Part shown: piece by piece, positions 24,900-37,599 of the stretch | Numbering within the stretch: the first letter of the stretch is position 1 | Layout: every line of letters begins with the position of its first letter | Assembly: GCF_018350175.1 (NCBI RefSeq) | Contig: NC_058383.1 | Span: forward strand, 9,922,001-9,986,000 | Direction: 5' to 3' | Origin: Felis catus | Lineage: Eukaryota | Length of the DNA stretch: 64,000 bases | Notes under the pieces: generated by a model | Told to the model about the DNA's origin: nothing | The model's input: the letters and a program-made list of their open reading frames with translations, nothing else | Database searches by the model: none | Translations under genes and position numbers: made by a program

Positions 24900-25737
24900 T
24901 CTTCTCAGGGACCTCCCTCTTAAAAATCTCCCATTTTGTGTACCAATCCGTTGAGAATGTTCCATAGGCCTGATGCATAACTGCCATTCTGAGATTTCTT
25001 TTATCTGCTGGGCCGAATCCACTATTTACTGGCTCTCTTTTCTTGGTTTACTTCCTTGTGTGGATATTCTCAAATAACATCCAAAAATTGGATGTATAAT
25101 AGATAAATTTTTCCACTCCTTCTGTGTCCAGTTCACACTTGATTACACACTTTATAGCTTGGTGTAGATTTTAGAACGAAAGAATCCCCTCCCTAGTTAG
25201 AACCTATCCCCCATTTCAAAGCTCCCTTCCTCATTAGAAACGAGCCCCCTATTAGGACTTGCCTCCCACGGTAACTATCCCCACCCCCAGACCCCACTTA
25301 CAAGATCTCCACTCTAAGACTGTGCATCCCTCCCGACTTAGCCCTCACAGCTTTCCCCTCAGGCACCTCCACCCCCAATGCCACTCCTGTCAGTAGTCCT
25401 GCCCCTTCTCCGAGCTCCTCCTCCTCAACTCCAGATGCTGGTAAAAATGTATCTCTTTATTCTTAACTCCTCTAAAATTTCAGTGTGTGTCCAGGTGCCC
25501 CCAGATGCTCAAGTCCTTCACATAGGTACCTTAATTTTAGAGGTTCATGTTCTTGAGAGCTAAGAAATTCTTCTATATTTCCTTAATGACATTTCCCCCC
25601 TTCTTTTTCCCTCTCTTCTTGTTCTAGGACTCCTGTTGGTTGGATGTTAGACCTTCTGCAGGGATCCTCTATATCCTTTATGTTTCTTTACATTTTTTAA
25701 AATACTTATTTTTGAGAGAGAGTACAAGCAGGGAAGG

Positions 25738-25769
<32 letters not shown>

Positions 25770-26700
25770 CGGAGACACAGAATCTGAAGCAGGCTCCACA
25801 CCCTGAGCTATGAGCACAGAACCCAATGAGAGACCATGGAACTCCCAAACCATGAGGTCATGACCTGAGCCCAAGTCGGACATTTATTTAACTGACTGAG
25901 CCACCCATAAACCTTTACCTTTCTGTAAAATTGTCTCTCTTAACTCCCTCACTGCCCTGCCTCCTGCCAGGAAACATACCTCATTTCCAACTCTCTCCTG
26001 TTGGCTTTTTTTCATTTCAGCAAATATTTGAAACCACGAGATCTTTTCAGATTTCCCTCTTTTATAGTTTCCCTCTCTCTCCACCTTTGTATTATGAAAC
26101 ATCTCAAACTTAGACAAGTAGAATAATAGGATTTCCCCCATGTATTCAGCATTCAGGTTTAATAGTATCAACATAGAACCAGTGTTTCCATCTGTGACCC
26201 CACCCATTTCTTCCCCACCCCTAGCACTGTCGGGGTAATTTGAAGTGGATCCTAATAATACTGTCATTTCATCCACAAGGATTTCCCATTTCCTTATGTA
26301 CCTCTAAAAAATAAGGACCATTCTTGCACATTTTCTTTTGTTCTCTGAAATGTTTATTTTTCTGCTTACTTGCTTTCATCTTTCTCTTTTCCATGTTTCA
26401 TGTTGCAGACTTTCCACAGTTGTTTTTTGGTTGCCTGTTCACACTTTAGAACGTAGCAATAGAAAAATTGATCAGGAGTTCTGTTAGGGGAGCCTGGCTA
26501 GCTCAGTCAGTTAAGTGTCAGACTCACGTTTTCAGCTCAGGTCATGATCTCATGGTTTGTGAGTTTGAGCCCCGCGTCGGGCTCTGTGCTGATGCACGGA
26601 GCCTGCTTGGGATTTTCTCTCTCCTTCTCTCTCTGCCCCTCCTCCACTCATGTTGTCTCTGTCTCTCTCAAGATAAATAAATAAACTTAAAATAAAAAAC
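24900..26700 (-). mobile_element. Old L1 fragments with SINEs at ~25690-25905 (-) and ~26487-26695 (+)
   Basis: Degenerate antisense L1 text similar to 12960-13400; SINE bodies visible. Confidence 0.55.
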
Positions 26701-29700
26701 TTCTGTATACCCGGGCAGGGTATCCACTCACTCACTCTTAAGGCTGAGCAGGTGGGAACCAATCAAAATGCTTTGAGATCCTTAAATACCAGAAGGAAGG
26801 GGATTTGCACTGGGCCCCAGCTCTTAACAATAGTTTCCCCCCAAATTTTTTCCTCAGGTGGATTTTTCTGGCTGAAACAGCGGACACAAGTGCTACATTA
26901 TCTTAACTGTACATCGCCAATTTCTAGTGAAGTTGAGCGGCTTTTTGTGTTTTTAATTGGCTCTCTCTACTGTTAAAGCAACTTGCCTCTTGATCTCCTT
27001 TGCCTGCTCTCGTTTTGGGTCTTTATATTTGTAAAAACCCTTTTTTATGTGAAGGATGTTAATTAAATGTTATGTAATTTGAAATATTCTCCCAGCTGTT
27101 TTGCCTATTGATATAGTTACACATGTCACTGTTTCTGTATGGCTTTTGGAATTCACGTTATGCTTCTGTCTGACCTATGGGAGGAAGGCCGAGCTCCGTA
27201 ATGAGCTAGCAGGAGTGCCCCAAGTGAAGGGTTTTCAACAGTTCTTCCTGGAGTCCGAGCACTATTGTAGGTCTGTTCTCAAACCCATTCATCTTTCCGA
27301 CATTCCTGAGGGAGAAATGATTGTTTCCACTTTACAGATTGGGAAAGGCATGAAGCTCAGAGAATTAGATCCTTTCCCTGTGGAGGTCTTTGTGCTTATG
27401 AATAAACAACTCTGACCATTTTCATTGGATTTGAAATCTAAACCCCAGATGATATCTGAAGCTTTAAATATATTCAGCAGCTCTCTTCAGTTGGAGTGTT
27501 ACCACCAGGTGCCCATGGATTTTTCTCCCTCACTTAGATGTTTAAGAATTTCTTCCTTTTTTTCCTGCTTTCCATACTTAAGCTGAAGCCTTTGAGCTGT
27601 AGAATTAAGAGGATTGAGCCATGTTGTGTGGCCAGCCTCAGGGAAAGAGTATCTTAACAGACTTAAAAAAGAAAAAAAAAAGAAGAAGAATGTTTTCTGG
27701 GAAGCCAGAGCAGCTCCCAGGAGGCTCAGGTGGAAATAAAGGCCATGCTGCAGAGAGTACATTCCTGTTCGCTGAAATTCTGAGATTTCGTCCTGCTTCA
27801 GAGAGTTGGCCTGAAGTGAGCACTAAAGCAGCAGGCCCCACAGAGCTTGGTGGCACCACAGAAGCTAGAGATGTCCTCTGGGGTCAGGGGTTCCCTCGTT
27901 CCAAAATAGCCTTCCTGTGTCCGGCCGGGCTAGTCCGTTGCCAGGAAACCCTAGGAGCAAATCGTCTTTTCCCCATATCCAGTATGTGACTGGATCTAGA
28001 TGGGGAATCTCTTTGATCCCCCTCTTCCCAAAGAGATTAAGAAGAAACTCACAAATCGACGCTTGAGTCTATAAGGATGTTTCATGCCTCCAGTTAGACT
28101 CGTCTGAGTCCTGAACAAATAACTCATTTAAAGGTATTTTTGTAATTTTATATATTATTATTCTGACTTTATTCCTCTGAGTCTCCACTTTTTTTTTTCC
28201 TCTGAATCTCCAACTTTTTTTTTTCTCTCCTCAAAATGTAGTTGTATTTTCCCCAGGGTAACTGGGCCAGGCAGGCGCTCCCTTGTTGTCAGATGAGGGC
28301 CCTGTCGGTTTTTCAGGCAAACTGTTAGACACAGTCCCTTGATCTTTTGAATATCTGTGAAATGCCTTTTCTCCCAGCTCAGGAGGTATCACTGAAGTCA
28401 TCCCTTTGTTGTGTGACTATAAATAACTCCACTCAGGTTGGCACCTTTTCATTCTACCCCTGCCTGGGAAAGCATTTCCCCTGGCAGAGTTTCTTTGGCC
28501 CCTTCACTCCTCTTCACATCCTCTCTTGGCACCTGTGATGGGCCTGAAACCTGCTTCCTCCTAAGGTTTACTTCAGTCCATTCTGTGCTCTCTGTGCATG
28601 AGGTATCAGTGAGGGCTACTTAATTAAATTGCAGGAGATCACTAGGTTCCTTTTTCTAATTTTCAAAATCTGCAATTGTGGAAGTGCCCTTTACCATTCA
28701 CTGCAGGGTTGATAAATGGGAAATTGGGTTTCTCCGTCTTCACTCCCTTGCTGTGACTGTAGCAAAGTCCTCGAACCCCTCTGGGCTTCGATCGCATCAT
28801 GTGTAGGATGAAGTGATCGGATCTGTAGGGGTCACTGTGTATTTCCTGAGGTTCTGTCAGATGTTGGCTTAGTCCGTTTTAATTTCTTGGGTTCCTAACC
28901 CGGTTCATAAACCCTGCCTCCAGGCATATGTAATCCCAGACACCGATCTAGGTGAACAAGGGTACAGGCGCACATAATGAACGGAGAGAGGCTAAGCAAT
29001 AAGGAATGATCATCAAGTGTCTTAGTGTCTTGGGACACCTGAGGGAGAAGACAGTCTTAGCTGGTTTTCCTGGCTGCCCTCCTCAGGGTTTTGCAGAGAA
29101 GCTAGAAACATGGGGGTGAAGCCGAGAGGAACTGGGATGAGCCCCAAAGTTTCAAGAATCCGGTGAACGGTTTTCAAATCTAATAGACAAAGGGAGGGAG
29201 CTATGAGCAAAAATCACCTCTAGCACAGAGGACACAGTCTGCCCTGTTGTGACCACACCCACAACGGTCATTTTCACACTCGAAACCAGAAAGGCTGTGA
29301 GAGACAGATGCGGGCATTTTCTCTACAATTCTTGTTGGCATCCTGATCTATCATAGGGCTTGTTTGTGGTTTTCTTTTTTGGGGCAGGAGGTAGGTGAGT
29401 TTACTGTGATATCCATGAGGATAGAGCAAATTCCTCTGTACTCCTATTGCCACTAGAACAAATGGCCCGTAGAGGCTGCTTGCATTCCTTGGCTAGTGGC
29501 CCCTTTCTTCATCTTCAAAGCCGTCAACATAGCATTGAGGAATTTGAGGTGACTACAGGACATGTAGGTGGGGGTGGCTAGCAGACAGCTGGAGGGCTGG
29601 AGAGCAGGTGGCAGCCACAAGTATCTGCAGGGCAGTATGCCCAGGAATGGGAATGAGGTCACCCAGGAGGAGGGGTAGAAAGAGGAAGGAAGGCCAGGGT

Positions 29701-32587
29701 TGGACCCCGGAGTACCAGCTTTGAGCTGAGAAAAGAGGACAGAAAGCAGGAGGAGAACGAGCCACTGTGAAAACAGCAAAGTAGAACAGGAGGTTTAGTC
29801 AGGAGTCTATGGTGGGCATCATGGCATCCACGAACCCCCGAATAGCTGTGTGTATCCCCAGAATCCGTGCCTGCCGTCACTTCTCAGAGGGCCTCTGACT
29901 CCAGAAAAGGTGCAGACCGACTAGGGGCTCGGATTTCAAAGAGTAACCAGCAGGGTCAAATCTAGCAGCACAGAGGACTCAAAAGACCAGGCCTGAAAAA
30001 TGTTCATTGGATTTGCCAATGGCAACTTACGGTGACCCGGGCAGCAGTGGAGAAGCGGGAACAAAGGGCAAGAGCACTGTGGGTGTGGAGTGAGCGGGAG
30101 CGAGAGGGTAGAGTGTGAGCACAGCTTCCAGAGCTTCTGGTTCCACAGGGCAGTAGGGCCTGAGAATTTAGGGTTCTAGCATTCCCAGGTCATGTGGATG
30201 CAGCTGGTCTGTGGTCCATGGCAGCGCAGGCCTTTTCTCCAGACCTTTTTGTGTGAGGAGAGGGGTTGGATGGTACTAGAAACCTCACATGTTAAATGAT
30301 ATAAACCTTATTTTGAAACAAAGGTAGCAGTTGGGTGGCACTTTTTACCCCTTGGACCACATGCCCTGCTGCTTCCACCTTTGCACCGTGGAGGTTGATG
30401 GCCATAAGCTCTGACCGTTGTCATCGGAAGTGCAGCAGGGCTATGCTGTGGGTCCTGGCCATCTCCACTGGACTGGGGCATGCTTGGTTCAGCTTAGCCT
30501 AGAAAGGGTGGGCTTGGAGGGACCACTCAGAGCTTGAAAGGGTTCCCAGCGGCGGGGAACACCACTGTATGGCCCCTGACTCAGGCCGGCACTAAGAAGT
30601 AGAGGAATGTGGCCCAGGGAAGGGGCAGATTGCTGAGCTGGAGGACCACCAGGGAGGCCAAGAGGCCAGCAATAGTAGGAGTCAGCATGGAGCCACAGAA
30701 GCAGGGGCAGTCGAAGGAGGGCCCAGCAGCGAGTGTCTGCTTTGAACAGCCGCCTGGCAGGGTGGCAGGAGCAGGAGTGGCAGATTGGAGGACCTTATAG
30801 GCCAGATCAGCACGTCACAAGAGTGTGAATGGGTTGTGGCTCCTTCTAAAATAATTCTCCCCACCATGGAATTACTTGAGATACCCAGGCTAGGTTCTTC
30901 CGATGGGCTGAGTAATGCTTTTGGGGAAAGAGAACCAGTTAAACAGCTTCCAGGAGGATCTGTGAATCTTCACCTTTATGTGCAATGTTTGTGCATTGGC
31001 TGGGATCTTGAAGAGGGATCCACAGCTTTCATCACTTTTTTCAACGACCCACCATTACGGGTGTATCTCACAGATGCCGCTCAAGGTGGGCCCTTCACTC
31101 TGGTTCCCTGAGCGGCACTAGACAGAAGTGCTGCCGGAGAGGGCAGGGAGACCGGGTGGGTCTGGCACCCGACGCCGTGGGAACCCTGCTCACCCTGCCC
31201 AGGCCAGGGCTTTGGACTCCCGCCTCCAGCCTCCACATCCTGGGTTCTGCAGCCTCCGGCTCGGGCTTCCAGGATTACATCACCTCCCAGGCTCCTCTGT
31301 TACACTTTCACACTCTTCTCTGGTTACTGCTCACTTTTGTGTGCAGCTATTGTAGACACCGATTGTATCCTCACTTGAGTCTCTCTTTCACATTGACTGC
31401 CTTTTCCCCAGGCCTGGCTCTGCGCTCCTCGGAAGCCGCTTGTTGAGTATGAATGTATTCAGCGGGCGTCTGCTTGCTGGAACGTGGTCTGGGTTCCCTG
31501 CCTAAGTGGGGCCGCTTTTGTCTTCGCAGGTCTCTGAGCTTATCTTTCTGTGAGCCCTGGAGACATGCTGACCTTTTCCTCTGACTGTGCCTCCGTGTGC
31601 TACGAGATTTGGTTTTGCAAAATGTGAACTTTTCTATTTTGGTATCTTTTTATTTGTGCTCAAGTGTTACTTTTTATTGGTTCCAGTGTGAAAATTCAAC
31701 TACCTGAACCTCCTAAAATCCCAGTGTCTGATCTTGGCGGTTCTCTCTACCATCCGTTCCTGGGAACGTGTTCACACTGAATGAATATTGATCACAGCAT
31801 TTATGTCTGAAGTCACTGCACAGGATACGAACTAGATTGAGACGGGGTTTTTTTTTTTTCAGTTGATTATTTTCAAGCTATAGTAATAATAAAATGGAGA
31901 TTTTCAAACCTATTTAAAGGTAGCAAGGATGGCGTGTCGACCTCCCCATGTATGCATTACCCATCTGACCATGATCAGCATTCTGCGTGCTGCTTCCTCT
32001 ACTCACCCCACCCATACTGACAGCTGTGTGTCAGTAGTAAAAGTTAAATTATGAAAATGCTACATGCTTATAGGCTTTTTTTTTTAAAAAGGTTGAGAAG
32101 TAAAAGCTCTCAGTCCCCAAGCCCACACTCCAGAGGTAACCAGTGTTGACGTTTTATATGTGTCCTTCCTGAAGGTTTTTTGTGAATATTTGAGAATGTG
32201 GGTGTATATGCAGTGTTTCCCACAAATAGAATTATGTATTTTGTATTATGTAATATGCATTTAAATACATTTCAGGGGCCACCTGGCTGGTTCAGTCAGA
32301 AGAGCATGTTGCTGTTGAATGGAGTTGGGGGACAGGGAGTGAGACTACCTGTAAGAGGGGCCTCATCAGTTTGTCTCTCCTCCATTACTCTCATTTGTCT
32401 GTTTATGCTTCCCCTTGGCCAGCAAGTAATGTCTTGTTTCCTTCTAGTATTTTTACAGTTCTTTTTTTAGGTTTAGGGTTCTAAACTATTGGCAGTTTAT
32501 TTCCATCCTTAATTTGAATTGGGGATATACATCTTTATTTTTTATTCAAATGTCTAAAGTAGTTTTCCTGGGGGGGCGGGGAGGAGT

Positions 32588-34045
32588 GGCGCCTGGGTAG
32601 CTCAGTCGGTTGTGTCTGACTCTTGGTTTTGGCTCAGGTCAAGATCTCACAGTTCTTGGGTTTGAGCCCCGCATAGGCTTTGTGCTAACAGTGCAGAGCC
32701 TGCTTGGGCTTCTCTCTCTCCCTCTCTCTGCCCCTCCCCCACTCGTGCTGTCTCTCTCTCACAATAATAAATAAATAACAGATAGTTTTCCTAGCAAGCC
32801 TGGCCAGCTTAGAGGAACAAGCGACTCCTGGTCGTCATGAGTTTGAGCCCCACATTGGGTGTAGAGTTTACTTAAAAATAAAATCTTTAAAAAACAGTAA
32901 TAAATAGTTGTACCCAAATTTCTGTTTATGGACTCATAATACCCAGAACAAAGGGTTCACATCTATACAGGGTAAATTAACTGCTTCTTACACTTTAATG
33001 GTAGACTGACTCTTCACGTTTGTACAACAAACGGTAGCATTCATAGTGGAATGACTAAATCATGCTCCATGGATGCTCTGGTGGGTTTCCCTCTCCCCTT
33101 ACTGATTCTGGGGCTTGAGCTCTGTCTTGTTTCATCGGTAGATTCTGAAGTCCTGTTAGGCCTCAAGCTGGACAGCAGTTGCAAGTGATCAGAGGTGATG
33201 TCAGGTTGGTTTTGGCCCCACAGCTAGACATTTCTCGGTGTGATTGCATCAGAGGTCCTCATGAGATTACTGCCAGCCTATTGTTTCTTCATAACTTCGC
33301 TTGGGTTTGGACAGGAAAGTGCTTTTGATGTTTCTGCCCTCACGCATCCTGTGTGGTCCCACCCCATCCCTCCCTTGTCTCGATGCCCGGCACGGTGCAG
33401 CAAACACCTCCTACCTCTGGGGCTGTAGAGAAGGGGCCTCATTCTAATCAGGCACGTGTGTGGACTATTGACTGGAGCCCACACGTGGCCTGTCCAGTGT
33501 GACGACCTTAGAGTGGTTGCTCTGGTGTGGCAGCTTGGGTTTGTGGAGGAATACATGGGGATACATGTTGGGCAGCACAGCGCTGCCCAACAGAAGAGTG
33601 AAGCTGCCAGTCTCTGAAGGCCTGGACCCGCTTTGCAGCTCCCACCTCAGTGTGCTGGGCAGAGCAGCCTGAGAGCCTAGGTTAGAGAGACTTGCTCTCC
33701 CCATGCAGTTCTCATGCCCCTTCAATCTCCTCCCCACAGGGCAGCCACAACAGTCCCTCTTTTCTTAAAAAGCTTCTCCAGGGGCACCTGGGTGGCTCGC
33801 TTGGTTAGGCATCTGACCCTTGATTTCAGCTCAGGGCATGATCTCACAGTTCATGAGTTTGAGCCCTACATCAAGCTCTGTGCTGACAGCATGGAGCCTG
33901 CTTGGGATTCTCTCTCTGTGTCTCTCTCTGTGCCTTCCCCTCTTGGGTGTATGCTCGCTCACTTTTAAAAATAAATAGGGGTGCCTGGGTGGCTCAGTTG
34001 GTTAAGGGTCTGACTTCAGCTCAGGTCATGATCTCACAGTTCATG
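32588..34045 (+). mobile_element. Carnivore SINE copies at ~32588-32895 and ~33781-34045 (unique sequence between)
   Basis: tRNA-derived heads and CT/A tails. Confidence 0.7.
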
Positions 34046-35260
34046 GCCATGTTTTACTGGTGCCATGTTTTTCTGTAATTTGGGATAAAGGTAGCCAACA
34101 AAGGCTTATAATGAGAAGAGTTCCACAGTATTTATAGGAACAAAAAGCGTTCTTCATAGATTTAAATGAGAGACAAGATGGACAACTGGAGGAGGAAGCG
34201 TTGGCCTTCCCCTCCCTGCTCTGGGCTGCTGCTCCTGCACCAGGGGGAGCGTCCCACGCGGGCTTCTCCTCCCCTCAGAAACTGCTGTCCTGCATGAAGG
34301 GAGTGGAGGCAGTATCCTTACTGGCACATCTGCTTGCCCCAGTGCTGGGAATGCACACCCAGCCTCCCAGCCCTCTGTGAACCCACATTCTGCAGCTCTG
34401 GGGCCAGTGTTTAGTGCCAGGGGATCAGGGAGGAGGGATGGTGGGCAAAGACTGCAGAACCATCAGTAGTTGTTATAATGGCATCTGTCACATGTCCTCC
34501 TTCAGATAACTGTCACGATCGTACCAGCTTGGTGAAGTTCATATTATCGTGCACGGTCTATAGATGAGGAAACAGGAGCACAGACCAGAAGTAGTGGCAG
34601 CCAGGAGTTGAACTGCGGTCTTCTGGTTCTGGATAAACCGCCACCCTGTCTCTTTGCACCAGTGTGGAGTGTGATGGCGGTTGTGCCATGGAGCTGCCTG
34701 GGAAACGTTTGTCCAGGCTCTTAGTGTGGTGACATCCTGGTGGCTCGTGCTGCCCAGTGTGTTTTACAGGTCTTTGGTGGTATCCCACTGAGAAGCAGCT
34801 GCTTCTATATTGGACTCTTCGGGGTGTTTTTCACATCTTTAAATGGCTAAGGAAGTGTCATTCCTTGTGGAACAGTTGAGAAATTCTAATGAATAAGGCT
34901 CTACCTGCATTCAAAAATTAGTCTTTTATTTTTGGGGCTTCATTTGAAAAATGAAGTTGAGCTGGATGAAGTGAGGGTCCTTTCTGTTCTGATTTTCTGA
35001 GACTGTCCTGTGTTCGTGATTTCGCCTTTCAGAGCCGCCATGTTAATCGGTTACCGTTTCCCAGAGCTCATCCAGTAGGGGCTCTACAGCCATGCATCTG
35101 TTCCCCGACCCCGTCTAGTGTCGTCACCACAGACCTGGGACCGACCGGCTCTGGCTCCTTCTGATGGGTGGCTGTGACCGCCTGTGGCCCTTGCAGCTGA
35201 GGGCTCAGTGTGGGGCAACTGAGCCCTGTTGGATTCCTAACTGCTGTGCCTGATTCCTAG

Positions 35261-35760
35261 GTTCTCCGACTAAACTTCAAACAAGAGGAGCCAGGCTGCT
35301 GGAGTTGTCCGTCGTCGTTGGGGGCGGGGGGCTTTTGGGAAAGAACTGCCCAGGGCAGACTGTGTTGCAGGGACCTGCTTGGAAGTCGGGGCAGGAATTC
35401 CCCAGCCCTGGGCCATTGCCTCATCTCTGCCTGGCACGGCTGAAGTGTGTTTTCACAGGTGCTGTTTTCTGTTTCACGTTTTCATACACGGAGTAGGGGG
35501 AAGTGCAGCTACTGACAAGCAGGAAAATGCTATTTTTTTTTAAATTCAGTTTCTTTTTTCTTTTTCTTTTTTTTTTTTTTAATGGAATTAGTCCTTGGCT
35601 TTTCTCCCAGTCTCAGCCCCCCTTCCGGCTGTTAATGTCCCTGGGTAAATACAGATAGAGATTGCTTTGTGTATTTTATGGGGTTTTCTGTTTTAGAGAG
35701 AGAATTATGTTACACATGTTTTCGTTGTCAATAAATAAAACCTTTCCCTGTCCTGGCAAG
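35261..35760 (+). other. FKBP6: Probable non-coding terminal exon (3'UTR) of FKBP6
   Basis: Branch-like ctaac and acceptor tgattcctag|GTTCT at 35260/35261; U-rich non-repeat sequence; overlapping AATAAA at 35730 and 35734; the donor after the stop codon needs such an exon. Confidence 0.7.
35730..35739 (+). terminator. FKBP6: Overlapping polyadenylation signals AATAAATAAA
   Basis: Two overlapping AATAAA hexamers outside any SINE tail, at the end of the putative last exon. Confidence 0.65.
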
Positions 35761-37599
35761 ATCCAGTATACATTGTGTGAATTCAACTAAATTTGTGAAG
35801 TCAGTAGGGGGGGTAGAGGGACAGCTGCTCGTTAAGACCAAGGGGATCGGCAAGAGCAGAACTGGGTCTCTTCTCCAGAGCACTTCTTCCTGACGTACCC
35901 AGGAATGAGATGCCCACGCGTTGGGATGGGGGTTCCCTTGAAACCTCCCTTCTGTGGGGAGGTGCTGCTGTAGGACAAATCCAGTAGAAACGCTGGAGCC
36001 AGCTATCCCCCATTTGGTTCCCCCTGGGCTGGGGCCTGGCTCCCTGCGGGTGCTGAGGCGGGAGGTGCCCCGTCCGGGCTCTGGCCCTGAGCCCCGCAGG
36101 CCACCCCACAGCTTTGTCTCGGTCTTCACACAAATGCGCCGGGCCACGCTGCCCCTGGGTCCTTCTGTCAACCCTGTGCCCTCCCTCCTCATCCTTCCCG
36201 ACCCTCATCTTCCTTCCTGGCCGACCTTCCTCAAGGGTGTTGTCTACACTGGCTTCACTCTTGCTGCCAGTTACTCCCCAGCCCACTGCCTTCCCGGTGT
36301 CTCACCCTGACCTGTGGGGCAGTCAGATCCAGCGGGCGTTTCCCTCTTAGGCTCTTCCCTGAATTTCCGAGCTGGAAGCTCTTGATTTCTTCCCAACCCT
36401 CGGGCAGCCCTTTGGTCTCACTCTTATTACCACGCCCCACCCCTCACTCTTCAGAATCACTCCCGGAACTTCACATGTGTAGTCCACACAGCCAACGGCC
36501 AAGGCCTCACAAGTGACCCAGCCAGACCGCAGGGCCGGACATGTTTCCTGACCCAAGAGGCACCTGGCCCGTGTCCCCACCCTCTGCAAAAAGCCAAGTC
36601 TTCCCGGGGCAGGCTGGGCCCTCCCACTGTGCCTGGGGAGAAAGGGTGCTGAGAGGCCTCCCTGGGTTGGGTGACCCCTCTGGTAGCCTCAGAAGAACAG
36701 TTTTCTCGAGAAGCTGCGGAAACCTTGCCGATGGTTCCCAGATCAGCTCCAGACCTCATGACCGTGACCTGGGATCACCTGGAGTCAGACCTCCCTCAAC
36801 CCCTCCAGACCAAAACCACCCCCCCCCAACCCTGCACAGCACCTCGCCCAGCCCTGCCTCCGCACCCAGCAAAGCCATCCACCCACCTGCGCTCTCCTCT
36901 TTGGCCTCCGGGGTGGCCGCACAGCCCCGCTGTCTTCAGTGCCACTCTGGTGTCTTCACTCCTCAGTCTTCACCGACCTCCTCTCCCTCAGTTCTTGCTG
37001 CTTAACTCCTGTCCCAGCCTTGCCTGCACCCCCCACAGCGTGGGCGCACACGTACGCACGTGTGTGGTGCACACAGCACCCTCGAGCGGTGGGAGCCGCC
37101 CCATCACCGCCCGCTCCCCTCTCGGCCTCTTTCCCCAGCTTTTCCTTTCGGGATACTCGCCGAAAGCTTTAGCAGAGGAGTGGTCCCAGGTGGGTGTTTC
37201 AGGAAGGTCACGCTGGGCTGAAGCCTCTTGGGAAGACCGTTCGGAAGCACGACGAGTTGGAATACACACTCTTCAACCCGGCAGGTCCCACTTGTAATAA
37301 ATCCTCTGTCCTTTGAGACCACTTACGCTTGCAGACTAAAGGCGCGGCTCCTGTGCCACTGGTTGGGGCCGTGGCAAAACTGGGAGCAACCGGAAGTCCT
37401 TCGAAGGGGAGTGGCGAGAGAGCTCCCAGTGCCGCTGTCCTGGGGACACTTTGTGGCTTCGACCAAGACGGAACCTAACGACACATGGGACTTTGAATAT
37501 ACGTATGTGACTAAGAACTGGAAGAAAGCCCCTCAGACTTCCCAGTGGCCCTTCTGGCAAGCGCAGGCGTGGGAGACAGGGGGCTCCATGTTGTGTTCT

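Noticed and set aside
35034..35078. GCCGCCATG (Kozak/YY1-like) after a possible acceptor
   Set aside because: Opens only a 12-codon ORF; single motif with no other support.
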